DNA of 63,883 bases, filler included, from Octopus bimaculoides (taxonomy: Eukaryota), in NCBI RefSeq assembly GCF_001194135.2. It is 9 parts of 9 records of this genome, joined end to end, with 100 filler letters (N's around TTAATTAATTAA, not from the genome) between each part and the next. Parts side by side here need not be neighbours in the genome. Positions count along the whole stretch, not along the records: positions 53,385 to 59,316 come from NC_068995.1; positions 59,417 to 60,918 come from NW_026365124.1; positions 61,019 to 62,424 come from NC_068985.1; positions 62,525 to 63,883 come from NW_026297433.1; 5 more parts are not named here. One strand, 5' to 3'. Position numbers and translations under genes: made by a program. Positions 53,586 through 63,883 of the stretch are shown piece by piece (the first letter of the stretch is position 1; every line of letters starts with the position of its first letter). The notes under the pieces are model-generated. The model had not been told where the DNA came from. It did not search any database and saw nothing but the letters and a program-made list of their open reading frames with translations.

Positions 53586-53679
53586 CATTTCTGACAGCTG
53601 TTTCGATTCATGACTTTAGAAATTAATTAGTATAATTAAAAACATTTTAAAGTTGAATCTCATCGGAGGTGAAGAATGA
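53586..53679 (-). ncRNA. Minimal type I hammerhead ribozyme (U4C core variant) in Penelope-like repeat sequence
   Basis: Minus strand CT-CCGATGA-GATTCA...TGAATC-GAAA-CAGCTG-TC-AG: perfect 6-bp stem II, palindromic ACAGCTGT stem III, GUC triplet with predicted cut after 53593. Confidence 0.65.
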
Positions 53680-54649
53680 TATACCCTTACATCTTCACAT
53701 TATTGTGTGTTGAGTATAGGAAGCAAACCCATTAACTGATAAATGTTTTGTAGAAAGAAAATTGTATAAACCTTACAAATTGATCAAATGAAAAATGAAA
53801 ACATGAACAAAAATCCACTGGTCAAAATTTTCAATAACAGAGTTCTATGCAGGGAGCCTTGGTAACGGAAATAGAACAATCTAGTATGGTGGAAGGGACG
53901 AGAGAGTGGTGAAGAGGAAAATAATTTAGGTAAAAAATAACAAGAAGGAGGAGAAGAGAAGAATTGCGTAGGAGGAAAGCTATATAATATAAAGTGGAAG
54001 TTCGTCAATGAAAAATAATATAGTTAAGTTATAGTTTATGGGTTAAAATGCCATATTTACTATTGAATTATATTTTGTTATTAATATAAATAAATAAATA
54101 AATAATCTTATTAACAAGGGGAAATAATTTCGATTTATATGTATTATTCAACATATGGAAATAATTTTCGGTCAAGGAGAGTTAAGTAAGGGTAGTAATG
54201 TAGAAGAATTAAATTTAAATAAATTAGACATTATAAATAAGTGAATACGATTAATAAGATTAATATTTATATGTATATATTTTAGCTCAATAAGTAAATA
54301 GTTAAATAGATAAATTAATAACTAATAAATAATAAATAAATAAATATAATAAGGTGGCTAGATAAAATAAATTTTAGTTACTATACTGTGAGATGGGTAC
54401 ATGGTATAATTGTGGATAAATGCGTTTATAAGATGTATAAGGTTTAAAATAATAGATACAACTGCGTAAAATGGTTAAATAAGTAAACAAGGTAAATAAA
54501 TAAGTAATAGTTAATTATATAAAGTTAATAAATTAAATAGGAAGATACAATGGTTGGATAGCTGTGTAATTATAAATAGGTAGAAATAAATACAATGGGG
54601 GAGAAGGGTTCATTATCAATATAGAACCAGAAAATGGGGGAAGCAAATA

Positions 54650-55833
54650 TTAGGTTGTTTCACATGAAATGTCATATTTGAAAAGTAACAATAAAATATT
54701 TCAGAAGTGTTAGAGAACTGATTTATTTAATCAAAACATGATCCATGTTCATTTAAGACGTTTACCCAACGTTTCTCTATGTCATATATTCCATCTTTAA
54801 AAAAATTGCTGTGATAAATTGTCCGAATGCTTGAGTTACCTCTTCTCTATTTAAGAATGTTTTATAGCCGAAAATACTTAAATAAGTGATAATCAGTAGG
54901 AGAGATATCAGGAGAATAGGGAGGGTGTTGCAAGATCTCATAATTCAGGTTTGCAACTTTTGGACCGTAGCTTGAGGAGTGTGAGGACGTGCATTGTCGT
55001 AGAGCAAAATTGGGCCATCTCTATTCACTAGTCTGGGTTGCGTCTTTTTCAAATTCTCATGCATACAATCAGTTTTCTGGCAATACGATGTTGCTGTTAT
55101 CGATGTTTCTTGTTGTAAAAATGAATAATGAATTACCCCCTTCGCAGACCACCATACAGTGACCACTGACTTTTTAGGGAGCAATGGCGGGTTTGGGTAG
55201 TATTTAGGTGACTCTCCTGCATCTAATCGCTGTCCTGTTCTCCTGTTGTTGTCAAAGTGTATCCATTTCTCATCACAAGTAATGGTTTAATGCAGAAATG
55301 GTCATTTTCCAGTCGAGAAAGCAATAAGGAGCACAGTTCTTTTTTAATCTCGTTCAGTTTTCTTGACTTACCCAATATTTTACAGGTGTTCAAAAACAGT
55401 TGTGTGAGATGTTTGGAGTTTTGATGAAAGTTTTCGAATCTTTGTTCTCGGATTTTGTTCAACCAAAGCATTTAATCCATCATACCGAATAACTGATTTT
55501 AGCCTACCCCGTAGTTTATTTTCAAGGCTACTACCATCTCCTGAACGAGAGCTTTGGAACCATCTCTAAACAGTTCTGATGTCAACAAAATCATTACCAA
55601 AAGCCTGCTTGATATTCCGTCTGTGGTAGAGTGACCCAGTTTGTGCTAATACGAGAAAATCACACAACATAGTTTGGTTGTTATCATTTTCATAAGGTTT
55701 GTGGGTACGAATTTTGTATACCAATATTGTTGGGAAAAGAAAAAGATTAAATGCAAGGTATACATAATTGAGGTTTTAAATGACGGAAATAATAAGCAAT
55801 TAAAAATGCGACATTTCATGTGAAACAACCTAA
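54650..55833 (-). mobile_element. Full-length decayed mariner (Tc1/mariner) element, 1184 bp
   Basis: 24-bp TIRs TTAGGTTGTTTCACATGAAATGTC (54650-54673 and 55810-55833), TA on both sides. Transposase remnants RNIKQAFG...RTV*RWF...SG...LE...GR (HTH) and VTVWWSAKGVIHYSFL...GPILLYDNARPH (DDD domain). Frameshifted, with internal deletion. Confidence 0.93.
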
Positions 55834-55933
55834 TATGTGAAACAACCTATGTGAAACAACCTAATATGTGAAACAACCTATTATGTGAAACAACCTAATA
55901 TGTGAAACGACCTAATATGTGAAACAACCTAAT
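55818..55933. repeat. Seven-copy 17-bp tandem array ATGTGAAACAACCTAAT derived from the mariner TIR end
   Basis: Units start at 55818, 55835 (14 bp), 55849, 55866, 55883, 55900 and 55917. The first lies inside the TIR. Confidence 0.95.
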
Positions 55934-56386
55934 ATATTCGTTTTTATTTAATTCTTCTACATTACTAATTTTACTTACCTCCCTTTGACCGAAAATTCTT
56001 TCCATATATTGAACAATACATATAAACCGAAATTACTTCCCCCTGTTAATATCTCTGTTAACTTCTTTATTTTTTGTTTATATTAATAACAAACTATAGT
56101 TCAGTAGTAAATATGACATTTTGAAAAATATGGTTTACTCTACATTTGATATTCAAGTGCTATTTTCCTCGTTTTTTTTTTTGCACCTATATACTTCTGT
56201 GTGTGTGTGTGTCTGTGTCTGTGTGTCGGCATGGGGCGGTTGCCTTTCCTGTCATGTATGCAACTGCATTCTTCCAACAGAATTCAGAGTATTTTAACTC
56301 TTATTTCTAGCAATGTATGTGCGACGCACCCTTAGTCACACTTTTAGTGACGATTGAATCTCTCCTTTGTGTCATCACAGTGCGCC

Positions 56387-56453
<67 letters not shown>

Positions 56454-57079
56454 ATAGATTGGTAGGTAGGTAGATAGATAGATAGATCGATACACAGACA
56501 GACAGACAGACAGAGAGACAGATAGACAGGTAGAGAGATAGATAGATAGATAGATAGGTAGATAGATAGATAGATAGATAATGACACAAAATTGTCAGAG
56601 AGCGAATGAACTGTGATAACTAAACCAATACAGTCACACAATGTCGCTCATTTGTATACGCACATGCATAAGTATGTATATGCACAGGTATGTTTATGCA
56701 TATCTAAGTGTGGTATAGAAGAAATGAGTAACCTTTGTGTCAATTCCTTCAAACTGGTCTCAGTAAAACAATGAGGCAACAGACACATGTTTTTCAACGT
56801 CACGCCTTGCTGATTAGAACCCATGATGGACAGCAAAATTCTGATATGTTCTGTTATGGCCTGGATCACGCACCAAGTTAGATAGTAATTCAACGAGGTC
56901 TGAAATAAGCCTTCAGTCATATTTTCAATCTCTTGTATATTTTTGGCAAGGTTATTTGTCTTTGTTTTATCTTGTTACAGAGCATATTATGAAAAACCGA
57001 TGAAGTGAGCCTCATGTGTCACTAAAAGGCATACGTTGCGTTAGTCTAGCTTCAGCCTATGCAATTGCTATGCCATCGT

Positions 57080-57114
<35 letters not shown>

Positions 57115-57187
57115 TCACACGTATGTGTACACTCACAAACATATATATACATGCATATGAATATGTGTATATATATGTATGTATAGG

Positions 57188-57575
57188 CGCTGGCGTGGCT
57201 GTGTGGTAAGAAGCTCGCTTTTCAACCACATAGTTCTGGGTTCAGTCCAACAGTGTGGCACTTTGGGCAAGTGTCTTCTACTACAGCCTCGGGCCGAGCA
57301 ACGCCTTGTGAGTGGATTTGATAGACGGAAACTGAAAGAAGCCCGTCGCATATATATTTTTATGTATCTATATGTGCGTCCTGGTATCTGTGTTTGCGCC
57401 CCTCCCATCACCACTTGTGTTTACGTTCCCATAACTTAACGGTTTGGTAGATGATACTGATAGAATAAGTACTAAGCTTAAGAAATAAGTCCTGAACATG
57501 ATTTGTCCGACTAAAACCCTTAAGGTTGTGCTCCAGGGTGGCCACAATTAAAATGTCTGAAAAAAGTAAAATAAT
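57188..57575 (+). mobile_element. tRNA-derived SINE of the 23840 family
   Basis: 5' and 3' halves present; a minus-strand 3' half follows at about 57625-57790. Confidence 0.85.
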
Positions 57576-57808
57576 AACAGAGAAAAGAATATATATATAT
57601 ATATATATATAGTCTTTTTTCTTTTACTTGTTTCAGTCATTTTGACAGCTGCCATACTGGAGCAGCGCCTTAAAGGGTTTTTTAGTCGAATCAATCGACC
57701 CCAGGACTTATTCCTTGTAACCTAGTACTTATTCCATCATACTCCTTTACCGAACCGCTAGAGTGCATCGGTTGTTGGGGAACACAAACACAGACACAGT
57801 TACACACA

Positions 57809-57854
<46 letters not shown>

Positions 57855-57963
57855 TTATTGATAGAAATGGCAAGACAACAAAAGAATGAAAGAGACATCG
57901 ATTTTATGTAAATAGAGGAATTTATCTGTAAATATAATATGTGACAATAATTCGGTAGCCATG

Positions 57964-58032
57964 ATAAAACTCCGAGTTTCTGATGTCGGGGTGAAAACCC
58001 ACGCCGGCATCTCTGCAGTTAGCGGTCAACCT
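57964..58032 (-). ncRNA. Hammerhead-like fold with variant or degenerate core
   Basis: TAA-CTGCAGA-GATG(c)CGG...CCG(a)CATC-A-GAAA-CTC G GAG-TT-TTA. A6C core change and one extra base before GAAA. Confidence 0.4.
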
Positions 58033-58903
58033 AATAGCTCTTTTGTCTTAATAACGGTCAATCACATAGTAATTTCCCTTTTTTGCACGGTCATTTTCAT
58101 AGCTTTTTTCTTCCATGGCCCAATAACTGAATAGATGGGTTTTCGCCCCGACATCCGAAACTCCAACATCTCTTCTCCAACTATTCTTTCCTATTACTTT
58201 GTCACTCTCTCTCCTTCACTCCTCCTCCCTTGCTCACGTGGCTCTCACGTGAGCATCGGCCATCTTTCTTCTGCTAACTTGTGTTTCTTTCTCTGCTTTG
58301 TAGCTAGAATAAGGAAGACATGTCCACGCTTGATTTACGCGTTCGCCATCACAACCTCGTCTAGGCTTAGCAGCCCTTCCTGTTTGTTTTCACTGTCCTG
58401 TTTGTGTTAGCTATTTTGACCCTCCGTAAAAATCCCAAATTTTATTTCAGTTGCTTTGCGGGAGCAACTGTTTTATCGAAAGCGTATATTGTTGTTAAAT
58501 GATTGAAATACGAGACTAGAAAAACAGCCAACAACTGATTACGGGTCGTCCTTTATGTTGTTTGTTTTGTATTCCATTTGTGTCTTTCGTTGTTCGAAAG
58601 AATAGTTCATGTTCCATCTACTCGTGCTTCGTATTTTTTGTTGTACACATTTCATGACGTCCTGTGTCCACGTATGCTTATATATATATATATATATATA
58701 AGGTTAAGAATGGTATTGAATTTAACCAAACCCAAAGATACAGGTAATACCGAGTAAGTGCTGTATACCGGCTAGTTATGCCCCATTCGTTGTATAAACG
58801 AGAGTGGGGATTATAACATAGGTCGTGTATTAGCCTGTGTATGTATAAATATATAAAAGGATAAAGAGAACAATGGCAAAGTTAGAAATATATTTTATGG
58901 ATA

Positions 58904-58956
58904 GAGTTTTACAGCTGTTTCAGGGAAAATCCAATGCATTCCTTCATCGGAGACAG
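58904..58956 (-). ncRNA. Minimal type I hammerhead ribozyme (U4C core variant) next to a Penelope-like ORF end
   Basis: TCT-CCGATGA-AGGAA...TCCCT-GAAA-CAGCTG-TA-AAA. Same palindromic stem III as 53586, GUA triplet, weak stem I. Confidence 0.55.
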
Positions 58957-59072
58957 AAATAGTAGAAGAATCGATTATTATATCTATAAGCGGAGAGTTA
59001 TAGTAAGAAGTGAGGGTGAGTGTGATGCGCTGAAAAAAGAAAGAAAAAACAGTACTTGGGGTGTAGCTTCAT

Positions 59073-59316
59073 TCCAGTAGTAAGTATACCCAGTATACTT
59101 TAAAATGGTCCATCCTAGACTCCGGAATTCCATACCAGGGCCAGCGCTCTAATTGCAAGCTCTGCTTAAAGGAGGCGTTCCATATTTTAAAATACAATTC
59201 TCCCACTCTACTTAATCGATATAATGAAGCATTTAGCACCTGCAATCACCGTTTTTTCCATACATTTAAATTCTATCAAAGACACAAATGCACAAATGAC
59301 CACACAACTCCCTATA
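59073..59316 (+). mobile_element. Penelope-like element ORF C-terminus (after the GIY-YIG endonuclease)
   Basis: YTLKWSILDSGIPYQGQRSNCKLCLKEAFHILKYNSPTLLNRYNEAFSTCNH matches the KW.IL...PY......C.LCL.E...IL......LLN...E....C.H tail of Penelope/Poseidon ORFs. Cut by a gap. Confidence 0.75.
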
Positions 59317-60399
59317 NNNNNNNNNNNNNNNNNNNNNNNNNNNNNNNNNNNNNNNNNNNNTTAATTAATTAANNNNNNNNNNNNNNNNNNNNNNNNNNNN
59401 NNNNNNNNNNNNNNNNGATTTACGCGAAACTTCTGTTATTCCGTGTGTATTCACATTTCAATGGTATCTTACTTTCAAAGTATTTTACCCATTATACACC
59501 GGTTTGGCTATTTATAAAGATAGCCGAAAAAAAACGCGTATCTCGGTCGCCCGTGTTCCGATTTACGCAAAACTTGTTTTATTCCGTTTGTATTCACATG
59601 AGCATCCGATTCATGACGCCTCCTGCTTTTGTCTCTTTCCCTCTGTTCCGCCAGACACTCAACCCTTGCTTTATCAGTCTCATCGACCCTTCTATTCGCA
59701 TACCTGTCCCGGTCTTGAGTAAATATTTCGTAAAAGACCTGTTCGTACTTCGGGGTGAAATATTTTTTTCCACAAGTTTTTTCGTGTGAATTCAACGTAT
59801 CTCACCTCCAAACCCACCGCAGGGAGGGCTTGTGGGGACTTCGGAGTTTCTCGGAAAACTCTGAGTTTCATAAGCACACATACATATCTACTTATAAGCA
59901 TATTAAGATACAAACATGCATACACATATATGTATGTATCTATACATATTTATAGCTATATCTATTCTATCTATCTATCTGTATGTTTGTCTATCTCTGC
60001 ATGTATATATATGTATCTATTTGTTTATCTATATATGTATGTATCTATTTGTCGATCTATCTATCTATCTATCTATTCATTTACATATCAATATAACTTA
60101 TTTATGTCACCTGAATATCATATAGTGGCCCTGAAGTCTGTAGCTACATATTAAGGATGTTATTTTATTAATACTGGTATCGCTGTAGTATACCCTAGTT
60201 GGTTCTTATTGGTCAGGTGAGACAACCACAAAACTGTACATAACATGTACCACACCTAAACACAAACTAGGAATATATTGGAAATATATCAGAATGAAAG
60301 CCTTCACACCAACATGGGACTTACTCAGTCGAATGGACTCGCCCTCTGAAGTGATATATTTGAGTGCGTCACGAAAAATAATGATAATAAACACTTCTC

Positions 60400-60765
60400 C
60401 TATAGACACAAAGCCTGGAATTTTTGGGGAAGGGAGCTAGTCGACCCCGAAAGGATGAAAAGCAAAGTCGACCCTCGGTGGAATTTGAACTCAGATCGTA
60501 AAAACGAACGGAATGTGTCGATTATAATAATAATAATCTTTTATAAATAATAATCTTTTCAACTCTAGGCACAAGGCCTCAAATTTTTGGGGAAGGGGAA
60601 AGTTGATGATATCGACCCCAGTACTCAACTGGTACTTAATTTATCGAACCTGAAAGGATGAAATGCAAAGTCGACCGAGGCGGAATTTGAAATCAGAACA
60701 TAGCGGCAGAAGTACCGCTAAGCATTTCGCCCGGCGTGCAAACGTTTCTGGCAGCTCGCCGCCTT
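60400..60765 (-). mobile_element. Two SINE copies of the GTCGACTTTGCC-core family (partial plus near full)
   Basis: Reverse-complement cores at about 60440-60500 and 60610-60765. Confidence 0.8.
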
Positions 60766-61409
60766 AATGATATAATTAATAATAAAATAATTATATTTAA
60801 TTATTCTCTAATTCTTGCCGAATGAATCTATTTCTCGGTCAATCAATCCTATCTATCTTTTCGTACATCTGTCTGAATGTTTGTCTGCCTGTCTGTTTGT
60901 ATATCTATCTGTCTGTCANNNNNNNNNNNNNNNNNNNNNNNNNNNNNNNNNNNNNNNNNNNNTTAATTAATTAANNNNNNNNNNNNNNNNNNNNNNNNNN
61001 NNNNNNNNNNNNNNNNNNTATACATATACATACATACATACATAGAGCGAGAGAGAGAGAAGTATGTATGTATGTATGTATGTATGTATGCATGTATGTA
61101 TGTATGTATGTATGTATGTATGTATGTATGTATGTATGTATGCATGTATGTATGTTATGTATATATGTGAAATGCCTTGTTTATGAGTGAATTATATTCA
61201 CTTATAGAAATCTTGATTTTCTTCCTATGCGTATTTGTAGTAAGGCTTGTACATCACCTCTTCTGTCTCTGGCTTCTTTGAAATCACTAGAGCTCGTCCC
61301 CTGCTGATACATACACCTAATTCAGATATTGTGAATGTATTTTATTCATAAGTAAGGCGGTGAGCTGGCAGAATCGTTAGCACGTGGGGCAAAATACGGT
61401 AGCATTACC

Positions 61410-62424
61410 CAGCCAGAAGGCAGAACCCTGCCCGAAAGTTCACCAGAACAAACCAGCCAGTTGATTCCCGATGATACCCATGTTTCCCTCGAAAACGTTT
61501 GCGCTTGCCTGCTTCTAGTCGTCCATAGAAAGCGAGCGTGGAACTTCCTCTAATTGTATTACCAGTGTGACTGTGAGTGCTTGACGACATTCCAGATGCC
61601 GAGTGCCTTGTCTTGGTCTTTGCTAAGACCTAGGACCGCAGCTCTATCAAAGAGACGAACTGTGGGAAACTCGTCTGACAAGAAATGACTACATCGATTC
61701 ACGGTCAAGAAATTGCTGAAGATGTTGCAGTTCCAGTATGACTGAGCATCATCAACTACAGCACGTCCAGGCCTCCACTCAGCGGCTGGTAACAAGCGGA
61801 GTGCCGAACCAGAGAAAAACGTCCATTCTGTAAAAAGCAGAGAAATAGGAGTTCCATTCTGGTCAGACATAAACTCGGACTGCTGAGGTCCTGTCTCTCC
61901 ATAAACCGAAACAAGGGCTAACTGACTCTTTTTGGTTGATCTTTAGCTCTTGACACCACCTTACGGTTCCTTAGGACAATGCCGATCACCTCCAATGTTT
62001 CCAGTGTCCAACGCTATGACGGTAACGAAGACCGCTTACACCGACATGGATCTTCCGCATCCGAGTTCGTGCAGAATAACCTTGAATACTTCCAGTTTCT
62101 GCAGGGGTGTCTCTATAGTCACCACATAGAGAACTAGTGAAAGGGTTATCGTGGCGGCCCGAATGGGCGGAATAGTTCCGAAAAGTGACCATTCGCCCTC
62201 ACTTCGGAGGGTGAATGGTATTTTACAGTATTTTCCACAATCTAACCGCGAAAAGCCAGACAGAAATTGGTTGCCGTGAGGACTGCCGCCAAGTACCGGT
62301 GGACAATCCCATCAAAAGCTTTTGACTAATCTAAGTTGACCGTCACTCATGTCAGGTTCGTTACCCGCTCTTTCTAATGTGTATCGCGCGAAGCGGCGGC
62401 TGAGGCGTCGGCCGAAACGGCGAT
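61410..62424 (-). mobile_element. Decayed L1/Tx1-like LINE ORF2 fragment
   Basis: LSLVLYVVTIETPLQKLE...LGCGRSMSV*AVFVTVI (cf. QGCPLSP.LY....E.LL.KL...SAYADDVTV), then LFLCFLQNGRFSLVRHSACYQPLSGGL and LQHLQQFLD. Same family as 9380-9965. Confidence 0.8.
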
Positions 62425-62655
62425 NNNNNNNNNNNNNNNNNNNNNNNNNNNNNNNNNNNNNNNNNNNNTTAATTAATTAANNNNNNNNNNNNNNNNNNNN
62501 NNNNNNNNNNNNNNNNNNNNNNNNGTGTGTGTATCGCTCCCTCTTTATATATCTCACAATATCCCCCACCCTCACACACATACCCACACATACACTCGCA
62601 TACACACACTCACGTATATATACAAATTTCAATTTTTGCTCATTAATCTTTTCAG

Positions 62656-62857
62656 GTTATCCAAATCCTATAATAAATGGCACCAAGAATGTTTACTTGT
62701 CGTATAACGAGACTCTGGAACTTGAATTCAACATAATCTATAACAAAGAGCTCAATATCTCATTGGTAGTTGTGGAAAATAACTCCTCTGTTATAACAAT
62801 GTCCAATGATACAGTGATGGTTACATTAACTGCAAGCGGCGCAAATATATCAGCTGC
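62656..62857 (+). CDS. Internal exon (202 nt, phase 1 to 2) of a host gene encoding a heavily N-glycosylated extracellular beta-rich domain
   Basis: ttaatcttttcag acceptor and GC|gtaagt donor. Open frame YPNPIINGTKNVYLSYNETLELEFNIIYNKELNISLVVVENNSSVITMSNDTVMVTLTASGANISA with 7 N-x-S/T sequons. Resembles Ig/cadherin-like spacers of mucin-4-like or VWD-EGF proteins, but the family is not established. Confidence 0.7.
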
Positions 62858-62959
62858 GTAAGTTTGACATCTCCATCATCATATGTTACTTATCGTTGCT
62901 ACTTTTCTTGTTGCTTAAACCCAGTTCAGGTAATTTGCGGGAGATGCTACTACTAATTC

Positions 62960-63140
62960 TTGCAGATTAACATTAAGTAAATATAAGGACCTGGAAATTG
63001 AAATGCAAAAGATGTGACATCTTAAAATGAGAGCAGTTCCTGTTATTGTAGGTGCCCTAGGCATGATAAGAATGGGATACCAGAAACACCTATATAACAT
63101 CCAGAATAACCAAGTTTCAAAGAAATCCACGTCCTTAGAA
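62960..63140 (+). mobile_element. R4/Dong-like LINE REL C-terminus fragment
   Basis: KYKDLEIEMQKM*HLKMRAVPVIVGALGMI. Confidence 0.8.
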
Positions 63141-63305
63141 AAACCCTATCATTTTAAATGTTTGTGTTGTATTACATGAAGATATTTCGCTACTGCCCCT
63201 ACCACTTGCCTTCCCCAAGCTTTCAGTCATACTGTAACGTCTCTTATCTTTCACTCGCCTAAGACGCTCGGTAAGTGATTGTAACGAACATGCAGATTAA
63301 AAGTA

Positions 63306-63336
<31 letters not shown>

Positions 63337-63346
63337 NNNNNNNNNN

Positions 63347-63883
63347 TTATAACGTTCTTCAAATCGGTTCTGACCCTAAATTGAGATTCTGCAATACATT
63401 TGATGAAACCTCAGACCATCTCGTATCGGGATGTCACATGCTGAAACCAAATGAATACAAAAATCGTCGGAATAGGGTAGCACAATATTTACATTAGAAA
63501 ATATGTAAACACTGCAAAATCAGTAGTCCTGCATACTGATATGAACATCATCCTGAGCCAGTTTGTTGAAGGGAAAAATGTCACTATCCTCTGGGATTTA
63601 CCAGTCAACACCGACAGAACGATACAAGCTTATCGACCANNNNNNNNNNCTGGGATTTACCAGTCAACACCGACAGAACGATACAAGCTTATCGACCAGA
63701 CATAGTCGTTAAAGACGGGTAAGAAAATACTTATAGACCAATAGATATAAGTGTTTCTACTAATAAACATATATCTGTAATGGAATTTTACAAATTCAGC
63801 AAATATAAGGACCTGGAAATTGAAATGCATAAGATGTGGCATCTTAAAGCGAGAACCGTTTCGTGTTATTGCTTGTGCCCTTG
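63347..63883 (+). mobile_element. R4/Dong-like LINE 3' part (CCHC knuckle plus REL endonuclease)
   Basis: FCNTFDETSDHLVSGC...EYKNRRNRVAQYLH...VTILWDLPVNTDRTIQAYRPDIVVKD...KYKDLEIEMHKMWHLK. Confidence 0.88.

Noticed and set aside
60217-60400. Open plus frame GETTTKLYITC...KAFTPTWDLL as a possible exon upstream of 62656
   Set aside because: No convincing donor, and only an FTPTW resemblance to NIDO domains.

Overview
This is AT-rich eukaryotic DNA, dense in microsatellites and repeats, with many N-gaps. Its tRNA-derived SINE families, REL-type and Tx1-type LINEs and AT/AC/ATT microsatellites suggest an octopod cephalopod (Octopus-like) scaffold; that assignment is inference, not a database result. 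No complete protein-coding gene is visible, and nearly all long ORFs in the supplied track are translated microsatellites or N-gaps. Recognisable content: many SINE copies, several as head-to-tail dimers or trimers; fragments of R4/Dong-like (RT-CCHC-REL), L1/Tx1-like and RTE-like LINEs; a decayed Ty3/Gypsy gag-protease-RT block with a probable 5' LTR; a full-length decayed mariner with both TIRs whose right end is tandemly amplified; a hAT-like MITE; and Penelope-like remnants. One convincing host exon (62656-62857, +) encodes a heavily N-glycosylated extracellular segment, and there are several weak candidate exons. The most interesting signals are (1) hammerhead-ribozyme folds in Penelope-like sequence, two sharing a non-canonical CCGAUGA core and a palindromic ACAGCUGU stem III; (2) SINE multimers with a shared junction; (3) the amplified mariner TIR end; and (4) two diverged, oppositely oriented paralogous coding remnants of an unidentified protein at 16.4-17.4 kb. 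All coordinates and translations were read by hand and may be off by a few bases for decayed elements.
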